Source: a virus
Length of the DNA stretch: 64,000 nt
Reading direction: 5' to 3' (one strand)
Virus record (IMG/VR): IMGVR_UViG_3300036832_000855
Coordinates: 58,420-122,419 of that record
This document shows, piece after piece, positions 28,451 to 38,020 of this stretch. The notes beneath the pieces were generated by a model that saw only the letters and a program-made list of their open reading frames with translations, ran no database searches and was not told the origin of the DNA. How positions within the stretch are numbered: the first letter of the stretch is position 1; each line of letters opens with the position of its first letter. The position numbers and the translations under genes were made by a program.

Positions 28451-28666
28451 GTGTGGGTACTGGGTGCTGTGGATTCGCCGACGCTGCTCGGAATCGCCGC
28501 GGTGGTCACCGCGTTGGGTGGCCTTGCGTCGACGGTTCTTGCGCTGCGCAGGAACCGCACCGAGGAGCACGAACATGCGCTCAAGGAACTCGCGGCATGC
28601 CGGGCCGAGTCGGAGCGACTCGCCAAGGAGCTGCACGAGCTGAAGATGCGTCATGGTGAGACGTAG
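28451..28666 (+). CDS. Small membrane protein with coiled coil (holin/spanin-region-like)
   Basis: One N-terminal TM helix followed by a heptad-rich tail. Confidence 0.55.
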   Translation: MWVLGAVDSPTLLGIAAVVTALGGLASTVLALRRNRTEEHEHALKELAACRAESERLAKELHELKMRHGET

Positions 28667-29048
28667 CACGATCCTCGCCGGGGTCGGCGCTGTCGCGTTC
28701 GGCGCGTCGGGTGCGCTCACCGCGATCGCCATCGGGCAGGGGTCCGCACCGCCGCCGACCAAGACGGTGACGGTCAATGTGGGGACCGGCGAGACGGGGC
28801 CGACGGGGCCGACGGGGCCCATTGGGCCGCCGGGGCCAGCCGGTGCGAAGGGCGACACGGGAGCCACCGGGCCGACCGGCACGACGGGACCGGCAGGACC
28901 AGCGGGCCCGAAGGGCGACACGGGACCGGCAGGACCGCCGGGACCAGCGGGCGGGTTCGAGTGCTTGACGGGCTACAACCCGGGCATCTTGGTCATCAAT
29001 TCGCCTGGGGGTCAGACGAAGATCTACACGTGTATTGAGGGGCCGTGA
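28653..29048 (+). CDS. Secreted/membrane-anchored collagen-like protein
   Basis: Signal-like N-terminus, long GxY tract, C-terminal Cys pair. Confidence 0.75.
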   Translation: MVRRSTILAGVGAVAFGASGALTAIAIGQGSAPPPTKTVTVNVGTGETGPTGPTGPIGPPGPAGAKGDTGATGPTGTTGPAGPAGPKGDTGPAGPPGPAGGFECLTGYNPGILVINSPGGQTKIYTCIEGP

Positions 29049-29068
29049 TCGAAGCGGCTGTGAGCGGG

Positions 29069-29362
29069 CTAGGGCTGCGGGACGTTCCCGTGGCGGGGCC
29101 ACTCGGGGCTTGCGGCGTGCGGGTCGCGCTCGTAGCCGTGGGCCTCGTAGTCGCAGATCTGGCACACCTCGTAGACGAAGAACTCGCCATCCTCGATGCC
29201 GACGGTCTGGCGGATGCGCCAGCCCTTCTTGGCGTCGCCGCCACATGAGAGCCGCCGCGGCTTGCGGACAGTGACCGGGTCGCCGTCGCGGAAGATGGTC
29301 ACGTCGGGAGCAGCCTCGCGCTGCTCCTGCCAGTAGTCCCACTGCCATGCTGAGATCGTCAT
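29069..29362 (-). CDS. Hypothetical protein
   Basis: Start MTISAWQ with ATGA overlap; CQIC. Confidence 0.55.
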   Translation of the reverse strand: MTISAWQWDYWQEQREAAPDVTIFRDGDPVTVRKPRRLSCGGDAKKGWRIRQTVGIEDGEFFVYEVCQICDYEAHGYERDPHAASPEWPRHGNVPQP

Positions 29363-29586
29363 AGCTCGCGCATCCATTCCGGCAGGTTGCTCGTGGCCCG
29401 CGCCGTGACCAGCTTGGCGTACAGCCGAGCAATACCGCTGACCAGCACGTTGATCGCCTCGCTCGACGACATCTCCGTGTCGAGCTTGAGCTGGCCGCGC
29501 CGGTTCTTCGTCATCGTGATGCCCTCGACCTCGGCCTCTTTCAGGGCGTCGTTGAGGTAGTCGGGTCCGATCCTGAACTCGCTCAT
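29359..29586 (-). CDS. Hypothetical protein
   Basis: Start MSEFRIG with ATGA overlap. Confidence 0.55.
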   Translation of the reverse strand: MSEFRIGPDYLNDALKEAEVEGITMTKNRRGQLKLDTEMSSSEAINVLVSGIARLYAKLVTARATSNLPEWMREL

Positions 29587-29813
29587 CGGAGCAGCTCCAG
29601 CGTCCCGCCCCGGTCGGTGAACCAGGCATCGGGCGTGCCCTTCGTGAACCCTCGCAGGTTGAACATGAACAGCAGCTCGGGTCGGGGCACGTTGCGCATC
29701 AGTCCGTAGTGGGCGCCTCGCGGTCCGCGCAGCTCGTACGGCGTGTGCTCGTCGCCGGTGGCGATCACCTCGTAGGTGATCCGGCCGATCGTCACGGTCT
29801 CGGTCGCGCTCAT
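29583..29813 (-). CDS. Hypothetical protein
   Basis: YELRGPRGAHYGLMRN; overlapping cassette. Confidence 0.6.
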   Translation of the reverse strand: MSATETVTIGRITYEVIATGDEHTPYELRGPRGAHYGLMRNVPRPELLFMFNLRGFTKGTPDAWFTDRGGTLELLR

Positions 29814-30049
29814 GACGCCTCCAACTCCGCTCGCGCGTCGGCCAGGCTGAGGAGCCGGTCGGGTCGGATCGGACGCAGTCCGGGCATGCCGGAAAGCTCG
29901 TACTCACGGATACGGACCACGTAGCCGTCCTCCTCGCCCCACTCCTCGGCCTTGGCGACGGCTTCGGCCAGTGTGTCGCGTTCGGTGAAGGTCGACTGCC
30001 GGGACCACTTCTGGGTCTTGCGGATCTCGTAGTACCTCGGTTTGGTCAT
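29810..30049 (-). CDS. Hypothetical protein
   Basis: CGACCGAGGAG ribosome-binding site; overlapping cassette. Confidence 0.6.
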   Translation of the reverse strand: MTKPRYYEIRKTQKWSRQSTFTERDTLAEAVAKAEEWGEEDGYVVRIREYELSGMPGLRPIRPDRLLSLADARAELEAS

Positions 30050-31863
30050 CGTGTCTCCTCGGTCGTGGTAGCCAGCTCCTTCGCGTCGAGCGACTCGACG
30101 AGCGCCTCGATCAGCTCGGGGCTGCTCTCGGCGGTCTGGACGAAGCTCTCGAACTGGAGGTGCCGCCAGGTGCTGTCGGGGTTGCTCCGGACGCGGTCGT
30201 AGATCGCGCGCAGGTCGGCGTGCTCGGCCTCGAAGGCCGCCTTCTCAGCGGCCCTCGCGGCGTCGGCCTCCTCGCGCGCCTTGATCGTGCAGGCGCAGAT
30301 CTCGTTCTTCCGGCTGCCAGCCCGCTCGGGGTCCGGGCGGAGCTGCTCGCCGCAGTCCTCGCACACGGTGATGTCCTGGACGGACGGCCCGTGCACCCGG
30401 GTGATCTCGGTCACCTTCGCGTCGTTCTGGTAGCTGTCCCGATCGTGCGACTTGACCGTGGCGGTCAGCTCGTAGGTGTGACCCTGGTCGAGCCAGGTCC
30501 CGCCGGATGCCCACCAGATCAGCAGGTTCCCGTCGGCGTCGTGGCCCTTGGTGAGCTGCTTGGTGCCGTAGTGGCCCTCGATCGTCTTGGTGAAGGTCAC
30601 CGTGAAGACCAGGCCCTTCAGCCGCTGCTTCAGCTCGCCGATCCACTCCGAGTCAACCGCGACCCGCTCCTTGCGCTCGAACTCCAGCCGGTCGCCCATC
30701 TCGCGCTTGCGCGCCTCGATCGTGTAAGCCACGAACCCGGAGCCCTTCGCGGGCACCCAGTCGGAGCGCGTGTAGGTCGCGAGGTTGTGCTGGAATTCGT
30801 CCAGCTCGTCGCGCTCGGCAAGATCCTCGCGGACCCACTCCAGCGCAGTGGCGGCTGCCTCGCGGTCCTCGTCGGTGACGGGGATCCGGTTCTTCTCCTT
30901 GCGCTCGAAGTAGTTGCTCTCGGCAACGTCCGCGGTCGCGTCGTAGTTCCGGTCGAAGTTCCCGTACCCGTCCTTGCGCCAGCGGCTGACCCAGCCCTTC
31001 TCGCGCGTGACGGCCGCGACGTTGGCCAGGAAGTCGAGCGTCCGCATCGCGATCCGCCCGCCGCCGCCGCCGACCTCGCTGTAGTCGCCGTCGCCGAGGT
31101 CGCTGTACAGCGCCTCAAGCCACTCGGCCCAGGCCGCGATGCGCTCGGGGTTGTGCGCGCCGGTGTAGTCGGCGACGCAGGTTGTGCCCACCTGGCGCAG
31201 CTCGCCGGTGGCGACCTCGAACAGCACATAGGTCTGGTTCCGGCGGCGCTTCCAGCCGCAGTGGACGCAGTCGGGGCGGGCCTGCCGGTAGTCGGTCAGG
31301 TCGGCGCTCTCGACCGCCAGCGCGGCCTCCTCGCCGATCCGGTCCTTGAGCCGCGTGCCGACCGGCGCCCGGCGGATGCCGACGCCCATGTCGGCGCCCT
31401 CGTCGGCGTCGTGGTCCAAGGTCGCGACGAACACCCATCCGGCGATCATCGGCGTCTCGCCGTTGACCGTCACGAAGGTGTAGTCGACGATCCGCTCGAC
31501 GCCGTCCTCCTTGAAGACATGCTGGTCGTGCTCGTTGGAGACGGTCAGCGCGATGGGCTCGGTGCCCAACTTGGCCGCCTTCTTGTTCAGCTTCTCGATC
31601 CGGGTGGCCAACTCGTCGAGCTTGGTGTCGACGACGCGGAAGACGGCGCCGCCGACTGCCTCGCGGAGGGCGGTCACCTCGACAGCGAGCCGCTCGGCCT
31701 CGGCGCGGGCGTCCTTCACGTCAGGGTCCTTGAGCGTGTCGGCCCAGGTCACGCCCAGGCCAGTGTGTGAGTCGTACGCCCGGTTGCGCGCGTCGTACTC
31801 GCGCTCGCGGGCAAGCTCCAGCTCGCGCTGGCGCTCGTAAACGGTCTGCAGGGTGGTGGTCAT
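30046..31863 (-). CDS. Phage protein with Zn-binding motif and probable C-terminal OB fold
   Basis: CVHC..RRRNQTY...QVGTTC; OB-like FTVTFTKTIEGHYG...LIWWAS...LTATVKSH; own promoter and ribosome-binding site. Confidence 0.8.
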   Translation of the reverse strand: MTTTLQTVYERQRELELAREREYDARNRAYDSHTGLGVTWADTLKDPDVKDARAEAERLAVEVTALREAVGGAVFRVVDTKLDELATRIEKLNKKAAKLGTEPIALTVSNEHDQHVFKEDGVERIVDYTFVTVNGETPMIAGWVFVATLDHDADEGADMGVGIRRAPVGTRLKDRIGEEAALAVESADLTDYRQARPDCVHCGWKRRRNQTYVLFEVATGELRQVGTTCVADYTGAHNPERIAAWAEWLEALYSDLGDGDYSEVGGGGGRIAMRTLDFLANVAAVTREKGWVSRWRKDGYGNFDRNYDATADVAESNYFERKEKNRIPVTDEDREAAATALEWVREDLAERDELDEFQHNLATYTRSDWVPAKGSGFVAYTIEARKREMGDRLEFERKERVAVDSEWIGELKQRLKGLVFTVTFTKTIEGHYGTKQLTKGHDADGNLLIWWASGGTWLDQGHTYELTATVKSHDRDSYQNDAKVTEITRVHGPSVQDITVCEDCGEQLRPDPERAGSRKNEICACTIKAREEADAARAAEKAAFEAEHADLRAIYDRVRSNPDSTWRHLQFESFVQTAESSPELIEALVESLDAKELATTTEETR

Positions 31864-31907
31864 GAATCTCCTCGGTCGGTCTCGCGGCCTCTCCCGGCCG
31901 CAAGTAC

Positions 31908-31936
31908 ATCATAGCACACGTCGTGCGTTAGCGCAA
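31908..31936 (-). promoter_or_regulatory. SigA-like promoter with operator
   Basis: TTGCGC-TAACGCACGACGTGTGC(17)-TATGAT. Confidence 0.8.
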
Positions 31937-32079
31937 GTCGCGCAGGGTGGCGCGTACGGCCTGCCGCGAGCGTTTGTCCCGGCGAGCGCGGCCCTTGCCG
32001 CGCTTACCGTGGGAGCCCGCGCCGGACCGCATGTGGGCCGCGACGGCGACCCAGCTCCGGACGCGTGGCTGGCGGGCCC

Positions 32080-32283
32080 TCATCGGGCCACCAGCTTGCC
32101 ATCGACGATGGCGTAGTTGACAGCGTCGTCGGACTCGACGACGCGCGTGTCGCGCACGAGAGTCCAGCGGAGCGCCAGGTCGTCGACCCACGCCGTGGCC
32201 TCCTCGGGGGTGGCGAAGCGGAGCGCGTTGCCGCTCCACTTGCCGCTGCTGTCGGCGATCACCTCGGGTGCGTAGCTCACCAC
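32080..32283 (-). CDS. Small phage protein
   Basis: GKWSGNALRFATPEEA...WTLVRDTRVVES; GGAGGG ribosome-binding site. Confidence 0.65.
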   Translation of the reverse strand: MVSYAPEVIADSSGKWSGNALRFATPEEATAWVDDLALRWTLVRDTRVVESDDAVNYAIVDGKLVAR

Positions 32284-32873
32284 TCCGCCCTCCGGTGCGG
32301 GTAGCGGGCCGAGCGATTGACATCCTCGGCCAGGTCGCTCAGCGACTGCTCGGTCGGCAGCGCCTCCAGCGCCGCCTTGGCCACAGCGGCCTCGCGCGCC
32401 CAGCGCTCGCGCTGCTCGTCCACCAGCCGGTAGAACGAGTCGCGGTTCTGCGGCCCGGGGATGTTCGGCATCCGCAGGTAGTGCCGGGCGACGTCGTAGT
32501 CGCTGCGGGTGTCGTCGGCACGCAGGTGCGTCCCCTTGCCGTCGTAGCTGGAGTACCAGTACCAGCCGTTGGCGTGCGCGTGCATCGGGACGCCGTCCGG
32601 ATCGGACAGGTGCAGGTCCACGAAGCTCTTCAGCCCTGGGAAGGCCCGGAGGATCGCGTCGTGGTCAGCCCCGCCGCCGTCGGCGTCGCGGCCCTGTCGC
32701 TGGCGCGCGGCGCCCCGGGCGTTACTCCGGGCGTACCACACGTCGCAGGTGGCCGAGAAGCCGGGCGAGATCCCGTCCGCGTCGAAGCGCGAGCCTGGTG
32801 CGGCCTCGCGTAGCTCCAGGCTGACGACGATGCGATCGCCGTTCGCCATGTCGCGGGTCAGTGTGCGTTTCAT
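32277..32873 (-). CDS. Hypothetical phage protein
   Basis: LHLSDPDGVPMHAHANGWYW; promoter plus CGACCGAGGAGG ribosome-binding site. Confidence 0.7.
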   Translation of the reverse strand: MKRTLTRDMANGDRIVVSLELREAAPGSRFDADGISPGFSATCDVWYARSNARGAARQRQGRDADGGGADHDAILRAFPGLKSFVDLHLSDPDGVPMHAHANGWYWYSSYDGKGTHLRADDTRSDYDVARHYLRMPNIPGPQNRDSFYRLVDEQRERWAREAAVAKAALEALPTEQSLSDLAEDVNRSARYPHRRAEW

Positions 32874-32913
32874 GGTCCTCCTCGGTCGGTGGCGGCTTTA
32901 TCGCCGCACCGGC

Positions 32914-32942
32914 ATCATAACACACGACGTGCGCTAATTCAA
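32914..32942 (-). promoter_or_regulatory. SigA-like promoter with operator
   Basis: TTGAAT-TAGCGCACGTCGTGTGT(17)-TATGAT. Confidence 0.8.
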
Positions 32943-33460
32943 GAGGACTTCGCTGCTGACTTCGCGTGGCTGGCGGCCTTCTTGGCCTCCCACTGGGCCA
33001 GCGCCTTGGCCGCCGCCGCCCTGACCTCGGGACGAACCTTGCCGCCACCGGCAGCCCAGCGCTTCATGATCGCGATCGCCGACGCGATCGCCGCCGACTC
33101 GGACTTGCCGGACTTCATGATGCCCTTCGCGACGTTCTGGATGTAGGGCGGCAGCCCACCCACCCGGGCGATCCAGTTGCTCGTCTTGCTCGCCGAGAAT
33201 GGTGACGGCGTGACGCTGTACCCGGCCGTCTTGGCGGACTCCTGGAGCGGCGGGGCCGACTCCTCGGGAGTGCCCCTGAGGACCCCGGGGAGCCACCCTG
33301 CGGCCCGTTCGTCAAAAGCCTGGTACCAGGCCTCCTGGGCCTCGACGTTCGCCTTCAGGGCCCGCAGATGGGCCAGTGCTCGGGCGTGCGTCGGGTGCCG
33401 CTTGACCAGCGCGCCGGTGTCGGCCCGGACGACGTCGTTGCCCTGGACGGTGTACGGCAT
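32939..33460 (-). CDS. Putative head-associated protein
   Basis: MPY...VKRHPT..RALAHLRAL N-terminal motif, PLQES site, basic helical NWIARVGGLPPYI domain. Confidence 0.7.
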   Translation of the reverse strand: MPYTVQGNDVVRADTGALVKRHPTHARALAHLRALKANVEAQEAWYQAFDERAAGWLPGVLRGTPEESAPPLQESAKTAGYSVTPSPFSASKTSNWIARVGGLPPYIQNVAKGIMKSGKSESAAIASAIAIMKRWAAGGGKVRPEVRAAAAKALAQWEAKKAASHAKSAAKSS

Positions 33461-33461
33461 G

Positions 33462-33830
33462 TCACGCCGCGGCGGCGGTGCCCCAGGTGTCGGGCAGCAG
33501 AGAGGTCAGCTTCAGCCGCTTGGCCATCGCGATGATGTGCGCCTTGATCGCCGCCTTGTCCGGCGGGTTGCCGCGGCCGAACGCTTTGATCGCAGCCTTG
33601 AGGTCGCCGACGTGCTTGATCGGGTAGCGCCCGCCGGGCATCGCATGCCCCTTCTTCTCCAGCGTGGCGCGCTCCTTGGTCGAGACGTCGCGCTCCTCAA
33701 GCTGGCGGCGGAGCACTCGCTCGCGCGCGCGAGCACGCACGAAGTCGGTCGAGTTGGCCGCTTCCTGGCGGTCCAGGACGGCCTCCTGGAGCCGGTACCA
33801 GGGATCCGGTGCGGGTTCAAGCAGAGTCAC
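33462..33830 (-). CDS. DUF6582-like putative head-associated protein
   Basis: GTG start at 33830; GHAMPGGRYPI..DLKAAIKAFGR...HIIAMAKRL..LLPDTW. Confidence 0.7.
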   Translation of the reverse strand: MTLLEPAPDPWYRLQEAVLDRQEAANSTDFVRARARERVLRRQLEERDVSTKERATLEKKGHAMPGGRYPIKHVGDLKAAIKAFGRGNPPDKAAIKAHIIAMAKRLKLTSLLPDTWGTAAAA

Positions 33831-35404
33831 TTCTTTCTCCTTCCAAAAGCCTCGTAGTCCGCCGCGACCTCGGCACTCGATCGGGGTGTCGCCCCGGCGC
33901 GGATGCGGGACACGCGGGGATCCTTCATTCCGGCCGGTAGGTGCCTTTCGGGCGCGAACTCGAAGTCCTGATGCTGACGGGGCAACCCGCCGCCTTCCTT
34001 GGGTTTGCCGAGACTGCCGATCACGTCCACCCACTTACCGGCACGGCCACGGGGGTGAAGCGCCTCCTTGAACAGTCCGGCCTCGGCCAGCCGGGCGCGC
34101 AGCACCTTCTCGCGCGCTCGGGCACGCGCGAATTCGTCGCCGGTCTTCGCAGCCTTGCGCGCCAGCACAGCCTCGGCCAGCAAGGACACCGTCCGGGTGT
34201 AGTCGCGGCCGTCCGGGATCGTCGGGTTGGACCGGACGAGCGCGTCGGCCGTCGGCCCGGTCGGCTGCTCACGGCCGTCTGGGATCGTCAGGTCGGGCGG
34301 GTTGGCCATCGCACCGGAGGGCGCAAAGATCGGCTTGTCGTAGGTGGGCGTGCTCTCGCGGCCGTCCATGATCGGGTTTGACGGCGTGCCGCCGTAGCCG
34401 AAGATGAGCGTCGTCTCCTCCAGCCGCTTGATTCTCGTCACGGCGGTCTCCTTCTCGATGGGCTGCTCGGCGTGGTACTTCAAGGTCGCTGGCGCCTTCT
34501 TGGGCGGCGCGAGCTTCATCCGGCTCCCGCCAGTCCGGCTGCCGTGGCGCGGGGTCGGCGCCCTGGTTCGCAACACCGCGGGCTGCCCTGGGATCTTCTT
34601 CGTGGCCGCGCTCGCAGCGGTCTTCGCCTTGGCCTTGGCCTTCGTCGTGGTCTTGGCGGCGCTCGCCGCCAGCCCGATCAGCAGGCCCTTCGTCTCAGGC
34701 CCGACAACGCCGTCGACGGCGAGCCCGTTCGCCTGCTGCAGCTTGCGCACGGCCGCTTCCGTCTGCGGGCCGAAGCGGCCGTCCTTCGTGACCCTATACC
34801 CGGCGGCGGTGAGCGTCGCCTGCAGGTTCGAGACCGCGGGGCTGGCCGTGCCGGTCAGGCCCGCGCCCTGCTGCAGGTTGGCGGTGCCGAGATGACCCGG
34901 GCCCTGGACGGTGGCGTTCAGGGCCTTCGAGAGCCCCGCTGCGGCCGTAGTCGTCCCGCCCTTGCCCTTGGTCGTCTTGCCCGTCGCCTTAGCCTTCGAG
35001 ACCTTCTTGGTCTTCGTGGAGATCGGCGTGCCCTTCGCGGTGAGCCCCAGCGCCTTCTGCGTCTGCGCAAGCGTCTGGTCCGGCGGGTTCTGCATGATCG
35101 CCATCGTCGCCGCGTCGATGTTGCCGCTTCCCGCGAGCCCGTAGCGGTTCTGGAACGCCGCGACGGCCAGCTTCGTCTGCGGCCCGTACTTGCCGTCAGC
35201 CGTAACCTTGAAGCCGAGCTGCTGCAAGCGCTGCTGGAGCTGCAGGGTCGTCTGGTCAGGCCCGGCCGCCCCGTGTCCGGCGCCGTAGCTGACTATCCAC
35301 TTCCCACCCCTCCCCCGGGGGTGGAGCTGCGACTGCCAAGCACCGGTGCCGGTGGGCGGCGGAGCTGCTGGCGGGGGAGCGGCTGGAGGCGCGGAGACCG
35401 ACAC
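33827..35404 (-). CDS. Protein with two peptidoglycan-binding domains and two LHPRGRxGKW motifs
   Basis: LQ..L...G(F/Y)..DG.(Y/F)GPQT..AV...Q...GL..G twice; Lys/Ala/Thr-rich linkers; no catalytic domain recognised. Confidence 0.8.
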   Translation of the reverse strand: MSVSAPPAAPPPAAPPPTGTGAWQSQLHPRGRGGKWIVSYGAGHGAAGPDQTTLQLQQRLQQLGFKVTADGKYGPQTKLAVAAFQNRYGLAGSGNIDAATMAIMQNPPDQTLAQTQKALGLTAKGTPISTKTKKVSKAKATGKTTKGKGGTTTAAAGLSKALNATVQGPGHLGTANLQQGAGLTGTASPAVSNLQATLTAAGYRVTKDGRFGPQTEAAVRKLQQANGLAVDGVVGPETKGLLIGLAASAAKTTTKAKAKAKTAASAATKKIPGQPAVLRTRAPTPRHGSRTGGSRMKLAPPKKAPATLKYHAEQPIEKETAVTRIKRLEETTLIFGYGGTPSNPIMDGRESTPTYDKPIFAPSGAMANPPDLTIPDGREQPTGPTADALVRSNPTIPDGRDYTRTVSLLAEAVLARKAAKTGDEFARARAREKVLRARLAEAGLFKEALHPRGRAGKWVDVIGSLGKPKEGGGLPRQHQDFEFAPERHLPAGMKDPRVSRIRAGATPRSSAEVAADYEAFGRRKK

Positions 35405-35437
35405 AGCAGAAGCGTACGGCCGTGTCGGCCTCCTACC

Positions 35438-35623
35438 TCAAGCGGGATCTCGCGTGTGCGCGAGCGTGGCGGCCGCGCATGGCGAGCACATCCACACGCT
35501 GACCTTCGTCCGCTCGTGCGGCTCGCCGAGCCAGAAGTCGACCTGCGTGTCGGCCGCGCCGGTACACAGGCCCTCGATCGCCGGATGGTTGATCCCGCAG
35601 AGGCAGTGGCAGCCGCTAGGCAA
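35438..35623 (-). CDS. Small Cys-rich protein
   Basis: CHCLC...C...CSPC; overlaps the ParB-like gene stop. Confidence 0.5.
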   Translation of the reverse strand: MPSGCHCLCGINHPAIEGLCTGAADTQVDFWLGEPHERTKVSVWMCSPCAAATLAHTRDPA

Positions 35624-36521
35624 CCACCGCCTCCTCCTCCTCGATCACGGCCTCGCTCTGCCCACGGTCGATCTCTTCCGGCGTCAGGATCCGCGGGAAC
35701 GCCTCCGGTGAGGAGCCGCCCGCACGCCAGCGCAGGTTGCCGGTGTTGATCGACCGGTCGGCGCGCCAGTAGTTGAACGCCTTGATGATGACCGCCGCCT
35801 GCACCTGCGGGCCAAGGTCCATCGGGCGGCGGACGCCGAGCTTGCGCAGCGCCAGGATCGCGCTGCCTCGCGGCAGCTCCTCGCCGGTCGCGAGGTAGCC
35901 GAAGAACGCGTCGGCCTCATCGGGGTCGACCTCGCTGAAGACGTAGTGCAAAGCCGTCATCAGACCCGGGGCGAACCACTGGCCGTGACCGCGGACACGC
36001 CACATTACGGGGAGGGAGTTGCGCAGATTCGGCTCGGCCTCGTACGTGGCCACCAGCTCGGCCGTGGTCGCGCTTGTCGCCGGGTGATGCCCGCCGGTGC
36101 GGCCCATGATGCCGATCGCCCGGTACTGGTGAACCTGCTTGACCGCGGCCGACAGCGGACTGACGTTCTGCTCGCCGTAGTGCAGCTTGAGGATGTCGCT
36201 GAACCCGCGCTTGAGCCCGTGGTCCATCGAGTCCTGGAAGTGCTTCGGGACGTTGCGCATGACCGGCAGGTCGACGGCCTTGTCGGCCTTGACGATCGCC
36301 AGCAGCCGGTGCTGGCCGTTGAGCAGCCTGCCCTCGGGCGTAATCGCCAGCGGCTCGCCGACGGGATGCCAATTGCCAGTCTCCATGTCGCGCGCGTACT
36401 GGTCGACGCGCCGGTCACGGATATGCCGGTTCGACTTGTTGGTCTGCAGGAGATCGTTGGCGATCTCCGGAGTGATGCGTTCGATGGCTAGCGTGGGCAA
36501 GCCGTTGCGCCTGCTGGGCAC
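35616..36521 (-). CDS. ParB/Srx-like N-terminal domain protein
   Basis: ITPEIA..LL..N..NR...YARDM..G.W...LLNGQHRLLAIV. Confidence 0.8.
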   Translation of the reverse strand: MPSRRNGLPTLAIERITPEIANDLLQTNKSNRHIRDRRVDQYARDMETGNWHPVGEPLAITPEGRLLNGQHRLLAIVKADKAVDLPVMRNVPKHFQDSMDHGLKRGFSDILKLHYGEQNVSPLSAAVKQVHQYRAIGIMGRTGGHHPATSATTAELVATYEAEPNLRNSLPVMWRVRGHGQWFAPGLMTALHYVFSEVDPDEADAFFGYLATGEELPRGSAILALRKLGVRRPMDLGPQVQAAVIIKAFNYWRADRSINTGNLRWRAGGSSPEAFPRILTPEEIDRGQSEAVIEEEEAVVA

Positions 36522-36561
36522 TGGTCCTCCTCGGGTCGGGTACGACCAAGGAGTGTAACGC

Positions 36562-36777
36562 CTAACGTGAGCTATGCGGCGCTCGTGGCAGTTCGTCCAC
36601 GTAGCCCGCCTTCGTGCGCCACACGGCGCCGCAGCCGCCAGCGTCGAGGTCGCACATCACTTCGCTGTAGTCGCTCGGCGTGTGCTGGTAGCCGCTGAAC
36701 GCCGAGTGGTTGCAGTAGTACTGCGTCACAAGCCACGCGTCGCGGCGCCCACACTTGCAGACCGTACCGCCGCTCAT
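36562..36777 (-). CDS. Small Zn-binding phage protein
   Basis: CNHSAFSGY..TPSDYS...CGAVWRTKA. Confidence 0.65.
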   Translation of the reverse strand: MSGGTVCKCGRRDAWLVTQYYCNHSAFSGYQHTPSDYSEVMCDLDAGGCGAVWRTKAGYVDELPRAPHSSR

Positions 36778-37022
36778 GCGTTCAGGCGCCGGTAGACGGC
36801 GTAGATCTCAGGCCACTCGGAGCGCATGCCGCGCCGGACGCTGGCGTCGCCGCCGTTGTCGAACGGGTCATTCTCGATCCACACGCGACACCAATCCTCG
36901 ACGTCGTAGATCCCCTCGTCGATGTCGAGTCCGGCGCGGACGTCGGCGTTCATTCGCGCGATCGCCCACTCGCGGACCTCGGCGATGTTCTTGGCCCAGT
37001 ACTGGGCCCCGACTCTGATCAC
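36774..37022 (-). CDS. Hypothetical protein
   Basis: GTG start with GTGA overlap. Confidence 0.55.
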   Translation of the reverse strand: MIRVGAQYWAKNIAEVREWAIARMNADVRAGLDIDEGIYDVEDWCRVWIENDPFDNGGDASVRRGMRSEWPEIYAVYRRLNA

Positions 37023-38020
37023 CTCGGCTTGCGCCGGTAGAGGTATGGCTTGCCCTTCTTGAGCGGCACCGCAATCTGGATGAGCCCGCGATCGTGGCAC
37101 GCATGAGCGACATTGGATGTCGTGTGCCCCTCCCCCCAGCGGCCCCATTCCTCGGGGAACGTCAACGCCTCCTTGCGCCAGCGCTCGGGCTCGCGCTTGA
37201 GCGTCGATTCGGCTAGCTGGCGTGGCGGAGCTAGGGCGTAGCCCGCGGGCACGTCCGGCTCGCTCGCGAGATCGTCGTGCATCCGGCCGATCTCCGTCGA
37301 GCGCCGAATCGCCCTCAGCGCCGCGCTCTGCAGCCGCGCGTCGACGTCGGCGGCGTAGACCGTCAGCGTCGCGTAGCCGCGCTCGCCGGGCACAAACAGC
37401 TCGGGCACCGCCTCGCGGGCGCTCGCGGGCGACATCTCGCTCGCGTCGGTGCGGTCGGCGACGATCGCTCGCGCGGACGCGTGCGGCCCGGAGCCGCCGT
37501 AGCCGAACTCGAACTCGCCGTGCCGGTCGTCGGGGAGCAGCTCGCGCCGCTCGCCGCCGCGGACGGCGTAGATCCGGACGTCGTCGCCGGTCCCGTCCAT
37601 CTCGGCGGACCGCTTCGCATCCCAGCCGTACTTCGTGTGCCAGCGCTCGGCCGGGATCGGCCCGCGGACCACCTCGTAGCGCGTCGGGTCGGCGTCCAGC
37701 TTGAGCCAGCCACTGACGTAGACGTAGCCGCCGCTCTGCTGCGTGTTGCCAACGATCACGCCGCGGTTGTCCTCGTAGACCGTGAACTCGCCCTCGCGGT
37801 AGATCAGGTCGTAGCGCTGCTCGCGCAGGTTGGTGAGCGCCGCCTTGATCGCGCCGCCGTTGAGCCAGGCGATCAGCTCGCGCTTGGCCTCGTCGGTCTC
37901 GGCGACGAGATCCTGGCGATCGTGCACCAGGTCGTTCGGGGCGATCAGTCGCGCGCCCCACGCCGTGGTGACGTCCTCCGGGACGCCTCGTGAGTAGCCG
38001 AATGCCAGTTGCATCTTCAC
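37019..38020 (-). CDS. Multi-domain protein with a DUF6166-like segment
   Basis: FEFGYGGSGPHASARAIVAD; CGACCGAGGAG ribosome-binding site and operator-promoter at 38046-38068. Confidence 0.65.
   Translation of the reverse strand: MKMQLAFGYSRGVPEDVTTAWGARLIAPNDLVHDRQDLVAETDEAKRELIAWLNGGAIKAALTNLREQRYDLIYREGEFTVYEDNRGVIVGNTQQSGGYVYVSGWLKLDADPTRYEVVRGPIPAERWHTKYGWDAKRSAEMDGTGDDVRIYAVRGGERRELLPDDRHGEFEFGYGGSGPHASARAIVADRTDASEMSPASAREAVPELFVPGERGYATLTVYAADVDARLQSAALRAIRRSTEIGRMHDDLASEPDVPAGYALAPPRQLAESTLKREPERWRKEALTFPEEWGRWGEGHTTSNVAHACHDRGLIQIAVPLKKGKPYLYRRKPR

Noticed and set aside
33827-35404. Endolysin
   Set aside because: Only PG-binding domains are recognisable; there is no amidase, peptidase or glycosidase motif and no adjacent holin.
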